Part shown: in pieces, positions 7,852 to 15,897 of the stretch | Layout of the letters: every line of letters starts with the position of its first letter | Position numbering within the stretch: the stretch's first letter is position 1 | Virus record (IMG/VR): IMGVR_UViG_3300020463_000001 | Coordinates: 32,001 to 96,000 of that record | DNA: 64,000 nucleotides | Reading direction: 5' to 3' (one strand) | DNA from: a virus | Taxonomy: Duplodnaviria; Caudoviricetes | The notes under the pieces: model-generated | Databases searched by the model: none | Seen by the model: only the letters and a program-made list of their open reading frames with translations | What the model was told of the DNA's origin: nothing | Translations under genes and position numbers: made by a program

Positions 7852-7908
7852 CTGTCATAATTCTGTAACATTTTTTTATATATAGTATAGTTGTCACAAT
7901 TTTGTAAC
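7852..7908 (+). promoter_or_regulatory. two Pho-box-like (OmpR/PhoB family) direct-repeat sites
   Basis: CTGTCAT-AATT-CTGTAAC (7852-69) and TTGTCAC-AATT-TTGTAAC (7891-7908); TATAGT at 7881-86. Confidence 0.65.
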
Positions 7909-7928
7909 AATTATATTAGGAGTAAAAA

Positions 7929-8012
7929 ATGTCTAATGTTGCCCTGCTACGGATTCTCAGTCCAATTGCACTTTTTATGGTGTCACCATTCATCTGCGCG
8001 ATGGTATTATAG
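7929..8012 (+). CDS. 27-aa hydrophobic peptide MSNVALLRILSPIALFMVSPFICAMVL
   Basis: AGGAG SD at 7918-22; below the ORF-track cutoff; read by hand. Confidence 0.55.
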   Translation: MSNVALLRILSPIALFMVSPFICAMVL

Positions 8013-8030
8013 TTATATCAACTATCACTC

Positions 8031-8054
8031 TTAGACCAAATCGGTCTAAAAAAA
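8031..8054. terminator. short hairpin TTAGACC/GGTCTAA followed by an A-run
   Basis: 7-bp stem; the U-tract is on the minus strand. Confidence 0.35.
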
Positions 8055-8077
8055 CTTAAATTATTTTCAAAAAGTCC

Positions 8078-8135
8078 TTGACATTATCTCTCAAATCATT
8101 CATAATATACCCAAGTTAGTTGATTTGAGAGATAA
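8078..8135 (+). promoter_or_regulatory. early promoter TTGACA-17-CATAAT with a 15-bp inverted repeat (PeSL-like)
   Basis: TTATCTCTCAAATCA (8084-98) / TGATTTGAGAGATAA (8121-35). Confidence 0.75.
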
Positions 8136-8138
8136 AAT

Positions 8139-8432
8139 ATGCGAATGAAAGGTATTCCAGAACTTCCCCAATCGATGATAAATCAGATGACTCGTAAAGA
8201 GGCTTCTCGGATTGTCAATCGATTCGGTGGATTCGAAGGTGCCTCCAATGGTTCCTATGAGATGCGCCTTAAGTATCTGATGTTGTGCGATAAGTACGGC
8301 GAAGAAAGTGAAAAGGTCGATGACTGGATCATGTACTGGAGGCGCGAACTCAACGCACTCATCAAGCTTCACACTCCCAGAACTCTTTGGGAAAAGATGC
8401 TTTCTAAAATTGGTATTCACATCAAGATATAA
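8139..8432 (+). CDS. hypothetical early protein
   Basis: First gene after the early promoter. Confidence 0.75.
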   Translation: MRMKGIPELPQSMINQMTRKEASRIVNRFGGFEGASNGSYEMRLKYLMLCDKYGEESEKVDDWIMYWRRELNALIKLHTPRTLWEKMLSKIGIHIKI

Positions 8433-8442
8433 GGAGACTTTT

Positions 8443-8796
8443 ATGGGTTATACCGCAAGCTTTGTGACTGGTCAGACTGGTCACTATTCAATCCAAGAGA
8501 TCGATGGTGATCTCTTTGACCTCACCAATATGCAAGTAGGAGAGATTGGAACTAAGTTCGAACTTCCCGAAATGAAGTTTTTCAAGTCGGTTCAGTTAAA
8601 TGAACTGATCAGTGTCACCAAGGCGTGGGCTGAATCTTGGAATCTTCTTGCAACCAAGGTTATGGAAGAGGGTGTGGAGTTGACTGAAACTGTCGAACTC
8701 TATCGCGAAGCTTCTTCCGGAACCAGAGGTTGGAAGTGCATCGAATTTGGCGGAGTCAAGTACGCCATCAAGAGTGGAAAGTACCTTATCTTATGA
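8443..8796 (+). CDS. hypothetical early protein (MGYTASFVTG...)
   Basis: AAGGAG SD; ATG 8443 within track ORF 8308..8796. Confidence 0.75.
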   Translation: MGYTASFVTGQTGHYSIQEIDGDLFDLTNMQVGEIGTKFELPEMKFFKSVQLNELISVTKAWAESWNLLATKVMEEGVELTETVELYREASSGTRGWKCIEFGGVKYAIKSGKYLIL

Positions 8797-9011
8797 GGAA
8801 GTTTCCCACTGATCTAGATCTCTATGAAGAATATAGAGATTTTGATCAACCGCCTAGTGCTGTGGATGACGCAGCACAGGCGATGATGGAGTCTGCGACT
8901 CCAGAAGAGGAAGAAGAATTGCCCACTTGGGGTGAGATCATGAGAGATTCAGAAACGTGGCCAATACTTGCTGTTATAGTATTGACTTTAATTTTAAACT
9001 TTACTTGGTAG
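8793..9011 (+). CDS. hypothetical protein with a C-terminal TM helix
   Basis: ATG at 8793 overlaps the upstream stop; WPILAVIVLTLIL. Confidence 0.65.
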   Translation: MRKFPTDLDLYEEYRDFDQPPSAVDDAAQAMMESATPEEEEELPTWGEIMRDSETWPILAVIVLTLILNFTW

Positions 9012-9014
9012 AAC

Positions 9015-9230
9015 ATGAGATATCGACAAGAAATAACGGAATGGGATGAGAGTGACGGAAAAGTTTCTAACCACATCTACATCACATCAGGCAGTTCTCT
9101 AATGGGGTATATCCCAGTAGGAACTAAAACTCCTAAATATTTTTCAAAGCCACCATCCAATTGGAGTGTTTCGCGAAGAAAATTTAGGGATCTTACCAAA
9201 AAGGAATTACTGGAGTTGGACTTAGATTAA
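9015..9230 (+). CDS. hypothetical protein
   Basis: ORF track. Confidence 0.7.
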   Translation: MRYRQEITEWDESDGKVSNHIYITSGSSLMGYIPVGTKTPKYFSKPPSNWSVSRRKFRDLTKKELLELDLD

Positions 9231-9248
9231 AATAATCTAAAAAAAGTC

Positions 9249-9300
9249 TTGACTCGACTCTCAATATATGAGAGAATAGCTCAGTAAGTTGATAGAGAGA
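9249..9300 (+). promoter_or_regulatory. early promoter TTGACT-17-GAGAAT (extended TG), second copy of the 8078 leader
   Basis: Shares AAAAAGTC-TTGAC, CTCTCAA and AGTTGAT..GAGAGAT..AAATATG with 8070-8141. Confidence 0.65.
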
Positions 9301-9309
9301 TCCAAAAAT

Positions 9310-9753
9310 ATGTCCAATGTTTATTCTGTAAGAGGCGGCCTGAAAGGTGAATCTGAGATCGCTAGGATTACAGTTGAATGGTGTGCAAAAAAACTTCTTT
9401 CAAGATTCAGAACTCTTGATATTGAAGTCATCTTTAAAAATTTTGCAGACGGAACTCATGCAGAATGTCATCATATCGACAAAAATGAGTTTGAGATTCG
9501 TATCCAGAAAGGTATGAAAATCTTTGATTTGATATCTGCACTTTGTCATGAAATGGTTCATGTTAAACAGTACGCTCGTAAGGAATTGCGAGATGTTTAT
9601 GATGGCCCTTGGCACGTTGGAACGATGTGGAAAAAGTCTCCGAAAAACTGGGATAACGTCGAGTACATGGAACAACCTTGGGAAAAGGAGGCATATCGAT
9701 TGGAAGTGCCTTTAGCAATGGAGTGTTTTTGTGAAGCACACTCTGATTTCTAG
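9310..9753 (+). CDS. putative Zn metallopeptidase (SprT-like, HExxH)
   Basis: ALCHEMVHVKQY and PWEKEAY motifs. Confidence 0.75.
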   Translation: MSNVYSVRGGLKGESEIARITVEWCAKKLLSRFRTLDIEVIFKNFADGTHAECHHIDKNEFEIRIQKGMKIFDLISALCHEMVHVKQYARKELRDVYDGPWHVGTMWKKSPKNWDNVEYMEQPWEKEAYRLEVPLAMECFCEAHSDF

Positions 9754-9763
9754 GAGAGAAAAT

Positions 9764-9928
9764 ATGACAGGTTTCGATGAATGGGTACTGATTATGTACA
9801 ACGAGAACTGCAAAGAAAGAATGCATTATCAACTTCCGCGTTTTGAAAGACTTCAAGATTATATTGAGGCAAATAAAGAGTTTTTGGAAAAGAAATATCA
9901 GGAGATCCTTGATGCGAAAACCCCATAA
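9764..9928 (+). CDS. hypothetical protein
   Basis: AGGAG SD; ATG 9764. Confidence 0.65.
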   Translation: MTGFDEWVLIMYNENCKERMHYQLPRFERLQDYIEANKEFLEKKYQEILDAKTP

Positions 9929-10469
9929 TTATTATGTAGCAATCTATGCAACCATAATCTTTGCAACTGTTTTCATAACAAATGCGGTTCATGGTGCGGA
10001 GTTAATCGAAGCAGAAGTTATATCTTCTGAGCCCGTATATTACGAAGTGGTTAATAAAAGACCACAAAGAATATGTAGGGATGTTTTGGTTCCTATTGAA
10101 AGATATCGTTCTGGTGGCGGAAGAATCGGTCAATCTGTAGAACGTGAATTCGGGTCTACGGGGGGTCTAGTTGGCGCTGTAATAGGTGGCGGTTTGGGGA
10201 GTAGAGTTGGTGAGGGTAAAGGTAAAGTCCTTGCTACGATCACTGGAGTCGTTATAGGTGCCCGTGTTGGAGATAGGGTAGAACAAAATCGCAGAGAAAG
10301 GAACGCAGAATACAAAACTGTGAACCATTGCGAGACTGTTTTTACTGAAGAAGTATTTCAGAAAGTGGACTACTATAGAGTTACTGTAGAGGTAGACGGA
10401 ATGTATACTACTACTAACTCCAAGAGGCAGCCAGGAGTTGGAAGCAAGATTAAGGTACTAATGAAATAA
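9912..10469 (+). CDS. YcfJ-like glycine-zipper 2TM envelope protein
   Basis: Signal peptide; GGLVGAVIGGGLGSRVGEGKGKVLATITGVVIGARVG; C-terminal YRVTVEVDG...QPG..I. Confidence 0.75.
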   Translation: MRKPHNYYVAIYATIIFATVFITNAVHGAELIEAEVISSEPVYYEVVNKRPQRICRDVLVPIERYRSGGGRIGQSVEREFGSTGGLVGAVIGGGLGSRVGEGKGKVLATITGVVIGARVGDRVEQNRRERNAEYKTVNHCETVFTEEVFQKVDYYRVTVEVDGMYTTTNSKRQPGVGSKIKVLMK

Positions 10470-10894
10470 TGTTTGGACGGAAAAGAATTATAATGGATAG
10501 GGACAATGTACGTCCCTATATGATCCGGTGGCAATTGATAAAAGATAAAACCAGTACCTTGGGAGAAAGCAGGGATTTGAAGTTTAACATTTATCTTCAT
10601 AAGATTATGTTATCTGATGAGCCGGTTCTTCACGATCATCCTTGGGATTACTTCACATTCATTCTCTGGGGCGGATACTGGGAACATACACCAGAAGGAA
10701 AATTCTGGAGAGGGACAGGTCATTGGAGATTTGCCAAAGCAGAATCTTTACACTGGATAGAAATTCCGGAAGGATCTTACGCACTGAGTCTCTTTATGAG
10801 AACTAAGAAAACTCGCACTTGGGGGTTTAATACCAACAAGGGATGGGTGGACTATAAAAAATATTTAACAGAGCGAGCAACAAATGGGTCTTGA
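10469..10894 (+). CDS. cupin-fold protein
   Basis: LHKI..SD..LHDHPWDYFTFILWGGYWE...LHWIE motif. Confidence 0.75.
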   Translation: MFGRKRIIMDRDNVRPYMIRWQLIKDKTSTLGESRDLKFNIYLHKIMLSDEPVLHDHPWDYFTFILWGGYWEHTPEGKFWRGTGHWRFAKAESLHWIEIPEGSYALSLFMRTKKTRTWGFNTNKGWVDYKKYLTERATNGS

Positions 10895-11093
10895 GTACGC
10901 AGAAAAAAATTGGAATACATTAACTCAGTTGATAAAACAAATTGAGTCAGATGGAAAGGAGAAGATTAAAGATTATACTGGAATGCATATAATCACAAAT
11001 AAGTTTACTTATGGTCTTGTTCATGGCCGTCTTAGTGTATATGACAAGAAAGACAATTTACTCAATCCCATAGTCGGTGATCCTTTGGAGTGA
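10884..11093 (+). CDS. hypothetical protein
   Basis: ORF track. Confidence 0.65.
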   Translation: MGLEYAEKNWNTLTQLIKQIESDGKEKIKDYTGMHIITNKFTYGLVHGRLSVYDKKDNLLNPIVGDPLE

Positions 11094-11186
11094 TTTTGGA
11101 TCGGGGTGTTGTTTCCACGCAACACTAGAAAGGTGAATAAACATCAAAATTATGTTCACATTTCACACTATTTTTACCTCCTTATT

Positions 11187-11194
11187 TATAAATA
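11187..11194 (+). promoter_or_regulatory. late promoter TATAAATA inside the palindrome TTATTTATAAATAA
   Basis: Consensus is readable on both strands. Confidence 0.6.
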
Positions 11195-11277
11195 ATTTCG
11201 TTACTCAGAGTAACGAAGTGACGTTACACAAAGTAACTCAACCCTATGTCTTAAAGGAGGCAAAAAATAAAACAAGA

Positions 11278-11427
11278 ATGAGAAATATTGAGGAAAATCT
11301 GGTAAGTCAACAATCTAACAGTTGGATTTTCACAGATAATTTCGGAAGAAAGTTAGAATATTTTATGTATATCGCGATTGGGTTTGGCCCATCTATCGCC
11401 GCGTTACACGCGCTAGGAAATATGTAA
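11278..11427 (+). CDS. small membrane protein
   Basis: C-terminal hydrophobic segment; start uncertain (track start 11152). Confidence 0.45.
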   Translation: MRNIEENLVSQQSNSWIFTDNFGRKLEYFMYIAIGFGPSIAALHALGNM

Positions 11428-11684
11428 TGATCAGAAGAATAATAATCTCTGCAGTTGCATTCATCACCCTGACAGGATGCACAACCTCGACTACCAGCGA
11501 TCTCTCCAGATATGGATTTTCGAATATAAGTCCACAAAGAGAGATGCTCGGTAAATGTCTAAGTAAATACGGTATTCAGTACAGAAAAAAGACAGGAAGA
11601 GACTTAGTTTTCATTAACGGATACAGCGTATTTGATTATTGTAGAGTAATAGTAGCTAACACAGATTTCGGTGTTGCTGGTTAA
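11427..11684 (+). CDS. lipoprotein
   Basis: MIRRIIISAVAFITLTG-C lipobox. Confidence 0.75.
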   Translation: MIRRIIISAVAFITLTGCTTSTTSDLSRYGFSNISPQREMLGKCLSKYGIQYRKKTGRDLVFINGYSVFDYCRVIVANTDFGVAG

Positions 11685-11708
11685 AACTCCATTTTATCTT
11701 CAGAACCG

Positions 11709-11739
11709 CCCCGATTTGGGAGACTGAATCGGGGTTTTT
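11709..11739 (+). terminator. rho-independent terminator
   Basis: CCCCGATT/AATCGGGG stem plus TTTTT. Confidence 0.75.
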
Positions 11740-11767
11740 CTAAAAAATAAAATACTAAATATTTTTC

Positions 11768-12364
11768 ATGTCAAATTTTAATGATAGACTTTTCTACAAA
11801 AGATTGAAATTGATAGAAGCTCCTCACAATATTCTAACGACTAAAGTGAAGAAATTCGATTTTAAATTATACGATGCTCCACAATTAAGCGTGGAGATGA
11901 TAGATATCATGTTATTTCACGCTGGTCGAGGTCTTAGCGCGAACCAACTCAACCTAGACGCTCGAATATTTGTTATGCAGAAAAGTTCTGGCGAATACAT
12001 TACAGCAATTAATCCCAAAATAATATCCAAATCCAAAAAGACTCAATTAGACACGGAAGGCTGTTTGAGTTACCCCAATATATTCTTAGAAATATCTAGA
12101 CCAAAATCTGTCGAAGTAGAGTATTATGACGAACATGAAAACAAAGTAACTGAGTTTTTGGCCGGAATCGATGCAAGATGTTTTCAACATGAATTAGATC
12201 ATTTGAACGGCGTTGTCTATACATCGAAGGTATCCAGTCTGAAACTGCAGAGGGCGAAAAATCGTGCGAAGAAACAAACGAAAAATAATTATACTATAAA
12301 TAATAGTAATATTATGGGGGTTCATAATGGAACTGGATCTAAAAACAGAATTCGAAAAATATAA
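11768..12364 (+). CDS. def: peptide deformylase
   Basis: GRGLSANQ, EGCLS, QHELDHLNG motifs. Confidence 0.93.
   Translation: MSNFNDRLFYKRLKLIEAPHNILTTKVKKFDFKLYDAPQLSVEMIDIMLFHAGRGLSANQLNLDARIFVMQKSSGEYITAINPKIISKSKKTQLDTEGCLSYPNIFLEISRPKSVEVEYYDEHENKVTEFLAGIDARCFQHELDHLNGVVYTSKVSSLKLQRAKNRAKKQTKNNYTINNSNIMGVHNGTGSKNRIRKI
12295..12302 (+). promoter_or_regulatory. late promoter TATAAATA within the def 3' end, upstream of the lipase
   Basis: Exact consensus 25 nt before the lipase ATG. Confidence 0.6.
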
Positions 12365-13121
12365 AACTATCGAAAAGATAGGTGAGTATTCTACATCTGT
12401 CGCTAAACAACTAGCACTCTTTTCAACCCTAGTGTACAAGACTGATAACAAGCACTTTCTAGAGAATGCGTTATCCGGTTACACTAAATCACACTTTAAA
12501 ACTTTTGATAACGATGGTACAGAAGCACTCGTAGTAAAGACTGGAACTTGCATTGTTCTTTCTTTTCGCGGAACTGAACCAACAGAACTCAAAGATATCT
12601 TAGCCGATATCAATATCATTCCAAAAAAATCCGAAGAAAGACAGGGGATTGTCCATAGTGGTTTCGCAGAAGCCCTAGATAAAATTTGGGATGATGTGGA
12701 ACTCTATCTGGACTCAATCCATGCGTCCGGAGATCTGGTCTACATATGCGGTCACAGTCTTGGTGGGGCTCTTGCGACTGTCGCAGCTGCTAGATCGAAG
12801 TATCTTTGTCAAGTGTATACTTATGGCCAACCTAGAGTTGGAAATAGGAAATATGCAAAGAATGTAAAATCAACTATCTACCGTCATGTACAAGGAGCTG
12901 ATATAGTTCCTGCCGTTCCGTTACCTATGCTTTTCTATAGACATATCGGAGACATAAAAGTGGTAGACAAACAGAAAAAAATAGTATACACTACAAAGTC
13001 TTTAATAAATTTTGATTGGATTAGATTTAAACTTATGGTAGGATCAATCTTTTCCAAAATACCGTTAATGTCATTGGTCAAAGACCACAACATAACGGAT
13101 TATTATGATAATATTGCATAA
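12327..13121 (+). CDS. class 3 lipase (alpha/beta hydrolase)
   Basis: SFRGT, VHSGF, GHSLGG nucleophile, TYGQPRVG, DIVP, C-terminal DH. Confidence 0.9.
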   Translation: MELDLKTEFEKYKTIEKIGEYSTSVAKQLALFSTLVYKTDNKHFLENALSGYTKSHFKTFDNDGTEALVVKTGTCIVLSFRGTEPTELKDILADINIIPKKSEERQGIVHSGFAEALDKIWDDVELYLDSIHASGDLVYICGHSLGGALATVAAARSKYLCQVYTYGQPRVGNRKYAKNVKSTIYRHVQGADIVPAVPLPMLFYRHIGDIKVVDKQKKIVYTTKSLINFDWIRFKLMVGSIFSKIPLMSLVKDHNITDYYDNIA

Positions 13122-13129
13122 GGAATAAT

Positions 13130-13372
13130 ATGCCAACATACACTTATATTTGCAATTCATGTAATTATAGATTTGAGAAAATGCTGAAAATATCCGAAAG
13201 AAAAAGACCTCTACAGGAACCATGTGAAACGTGCGGAGAAAATACAGTATCTCAAACTATATTGCAAGTGAATGTCGGCGATCCGATTGCATTAGGTGTC
13301 AAGAAGATACCAAAAGACTTTAAAGAAGGAGTTTTAGATAAAGCCAGAAAAGTGCCAGGCGCTGCGATTTGA
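13130..13372 (+). CDS. FmdB-family zinc-ribbon protein
   Basis: MPTYTYICNSC...PCETCG. Confidence 0.85.
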   Translation: MPTYTYICNSCNYRFEKMLKISERKRPLQEPCETCGENTVSQTILQVNVGDPIALGVKKIPKDFKEGVLDKARKVPGAAI

Positions 13373-13424
13373 GTTTTACATTATGGAATATTATGGGATG
13401 GTGCTTAACACAAGGAGCCATTTC

Positions 13425-14129
13425 ATGGGTAAACATAGAAGGAAAACTGCGAGGTTCGCATTGAACGAGTCACACTTTAATTTAGTTGACATTCATCCAA
13501 TGACCGCGAATCAGAGCAGAGTATTTGAAGACTTTGAAGACGGAAAACACCTGTTTTTACATGGTGTCGCTGGAACAGGAAAGACTTACATTTCATTGTA
13601 TCTAGCATCAAGAGAACTATTTGACTTAGGCCCGAGATATAAAAATTTAAGCATAGTAAGGAGTATTGTACCTACAAGAGATATCGGGTTTTTGCCAGGC
13701 TCGGAAGAACAAAAGATGGAAGTCTATGAGTCTCCATATAAATCAATCTTCTCTGATTTATTTTGCAGAGGGGATGCGTACCAACTACTGAAAAAGAAGG
13801 GTGCGATTAATTTCATGACTACCTCATTCATCAGGGGAGTCACATTAAACGACACCATCATTTTAGTAGATGAGTGTCAGAATATGAATTTCCATGAGTT
13901 GGATTCAATTATTACGAGATTAGGAAAGAATTGTAGAATTATATTTTGTGGCGATTTCAGACAAAGCGATTTCACCAAAACAAATGATAAGGATGGCATA
14001 CTACAATTCATGAATATTATGAAGAACATGACGGATGTAGGATTTACAGAATTCGAAGAACACGATATTGTGAGAAGTTGTTTTGTTAAATCCTATATAC
14101 TCAATAAATTGCAGGCTGGAATAGTCTAA
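13425..14129 (+). CDS. phoH: PhoH-like ATPase
   Basis: GVAGTGKT Walker A, IGFLPG, IRGVT, VDECQN, GDFRQSD; AGGAG SD before ATG 13425. Confidence 0.92.
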   Translation: MGKHRRKTARFALNESHFNLVDIHPMTANQSRVFEDFEDGKHLFLHGVAGTGKTYISLYLASRELFDLGPRYKNLSIVRSIVPTRDIGFLPGSEEQKMEVYESPYKSIFSDLFCRGDAYQLLKKKGAINFMTTSFIRGVTLNDTIILVDECQNMNFHELDSIITRLGKNCRIIFCGDFRQSDFTKTNDKDGILQFMNIMKNMTDVGFTEFEEHDIVRSCFVKSYILNKLQAGIV

Positions 14130-14139
14130 GGAGTTACCG

Positions 14140-14466
14140 ATGGGCGATTTAGTAGATGCAAGAGATGTATTCGCGGTTAGGAAACATATCAACGCAAAAG
14201 ATTTGGAAGGTATTCAGAATTATATGAAAGCAGAGGAATATTCTAGAAATATATCTCATAGTCTGATGGAGAATATCATAGACGCAATTGATCAGTCTGG
14301 ATTTAATATATCAGAAAGAAAAATGCTAGATGATTTGACGTTTATTAGTATGGCAATAACTGCCAGTCTGGATAGACAGTTAGGTGTGGATAATCAATTT
14401 TACGAACATATCGGAAAAATGATTAAGAAAATTAAGTCTGAGATAGTTAAGGCTGAAATAAAATAA
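14140..14466 (+). CDS. hypothetical protein
   Basis: AAGGAG SD; ORF track. Confidence 0.75.
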   Translation: MGDLVDARDVFAVRKHINAKDLEGIQNYMKAEEYSRNISHSLMENIIDAIDQSGFNISERKMLDDLTFISMAITASLDRQLGVDNQFYEHIGKMIKKIKSEIVKAEIK

Positions 14467-14479
14467 GGAGGCACATAAC

Positions 14480-14524
14480 ATGAATTGCAAATGCTGCGAA
14501 TGTTGTAATTGTGATTGTTGTTAG
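14480..14524 (+). CDS. 14-aa cysteine-rich microprotein MNCKCCECCNCDCC
   Basis: TAAGGAGG SD 8 nt upstream; 8 of 14 residues are Cys; fills the gap between two genes. Confidence 0.6.
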   Translation: MNCKCCECCNCDCC

Positions 14525-14531
14525 ATAAATT

Positions 14532-15254
14532 ATGTTTAATCATGTGGAGTTTGAGTCTGATGACTTTGAACTTAAAACTGTGAATGAAGATGGAAAAAGA
14601 TGGTATGTTACTGATAGTGGTGGGAGATATCCATCCATCACTACAGTAATTTCTTACTTTAGTAAGGCCGCCATCATGGCGTGGAGAAAACGAGTCGGAG
14701 AAGCAGAGGCAAATAAAGTCTCTCTCAAAGCATCTCGTAGAGGAACCAACGTCCACTTAATGTGCGAAGACTATATTAACAATCTTCCTACAAAAAAAGA
14801 AGCGATGCCAAGTGACTTAGAAATGTTTCATATTATGAAACCAGTCCTTGACGAAAGAATTGGAAATGTCTACGCTCAAGAGTATGCGATGTATTCCGAT
14901 CATCTGGGAATAGCAGGACGATGTGACTGTATTGCGGAATTCGATGGTAAACTGTCCATCATAGATTTTAAAACGTCTAAGAGACCTCTCAGTGCGTTTG
15001 GTGGAGAGAAATTAGACAAGTATCTGAGACAGGCCTCGGGGTATGCAGTGATGTTTGAAGAACGAACTAAAATACCTGTTTCTCAGGTCGTTATTATCGC
15101 TGCAGTAGATAATGAATTACATCCGGAAGTTCATGTCTCAAAAAGAGACAAACATATCGGAGATTTGATTGGAATGATTGATGAATATTATGTCAAAAAT
15201 GGTCTGACAAATAATAATAACCATCAATTAAAAAAAGGAATAATTGGGAAGTAA
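14532..15254 (+). CDS. PD-(D/E)XK exonuclease (Cas4-like, common in marine T4-like phages)
   Basis: YPSITTV, RGTNVH, IAGRCDCI, IIDFKTS, Y..Q..GYA. Confidence 0.88.
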   Translation: MFNHVEFESDDFELKTVNEDGKRWYVTDSGGRYPSITTVISYFSKAAIMAWRKRVGEAEANKVSLKASRRGTNVHLMCEDYINNLPTKKEAMPSDLEMFHIMKPVLDERIGNVYAQEYAMYSDHLGIAGRCDCIAEFDGKLSIIDFKTSKRPLSAFGGEKLDKYLRQASGYAVMFEERTKIPVSQVVIIAAVDNELHPEVHVSKRDKHIGDLIGMIDEYYVKNGLTNNNNHQLKKGIIGK

Positions 15255-15321
15255 TGATTTCCAAATATTCCTCATTTATTTCACGGTTTTTTGACGAAAA
15301 TCGGAAGGTGAGGTACTAAAT

Positions 15322-15567
15322 ATGTGGGTATGGTTAATTCAAGCTATCGCTGGAAGTATAATCGGAAGTGCTACAAGCAGTTGGTTTCAGAACACTGCAG
15401 CAGGGAAATGGTTCTTTGCAAAAGTATCTTCACTATACGACTGGGCCGCAGTGCGGTATAATTTAAAAGTCTTGGACGCAGAAGATACATGGAGAAAAAA
15501 GTATCCAAATGTTTCTGCTAAAATGGACGAATTAGAAAGTAGATTGGAGGCGCTAGAAGAAAAATAA
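15322..15567 (+). CDS. hypothetical protein with a hydrophobic N-terminus
   Basis: GAGG SD; ORF track. Confidence 0.7.
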   Translation: MWVWLIQAIAGSIIGSATSSWFQNTAAGKWFFAKVSSLYDWAAVRYNLKVLDAEDTWRKKYPNVSAKMDELESRLEALEEK

Positions 15568-15590
15568 TTCACAAATTAAGGACACTCACA

Positions 15591-15821
15591 GTGGAAAACT
15601 ACAGACAACTTCAAGCAAGTCTAACAGACCTCAATTGGGATGGAGAAGATTACGAAGAGACTGTCGTGATATTTCCGACAGAACGCAATATCAAATCCGT
15701 AAAATCGATAACATCAGATTATACTAAATACTTTGATGTGATTAAGAACGCTGTGAGAAACTCCGCCTCGGTGAATTATGATCCAGACCTAGAGCCTATC
15801 GCAGTCTTATCTACAAACTAA
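15591..15821 (+). CDS. hypothetical protein
   Basis: AAGGA SD; GTG start. Confidence 0.65.
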   Translation: MENYRQLQASLTDLNWDGEDYEETVVIFPTERNIKSVKSITSDYTKYFDVIKNAVRNSASVNYDPDLEPIAVLSTN

Positions 15822-15832
15822 TGTAGAACTTA

Positions 15833-15861
15833 TTGACAAACCCTTCGTTATGTTATATAAT
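15833..15861 (+). promoter_or_regulatory. sigma70 promoter TTGACA-17-TATAAT
   Basis: Perfect consensus. Confidence 0.85.
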
Positions 15862-15897
15862 TGTTGAGTTATTTAACATAGCACAGGAATATTGCAT

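Noticed and set aside
14532-15254. CRISPR-Cas system implied by the Cas4-like nuclease
   Set aside because: No repeat-spacer array or other cas genes; stand-alone nucleases of this kind are routine in marine T4-like phages
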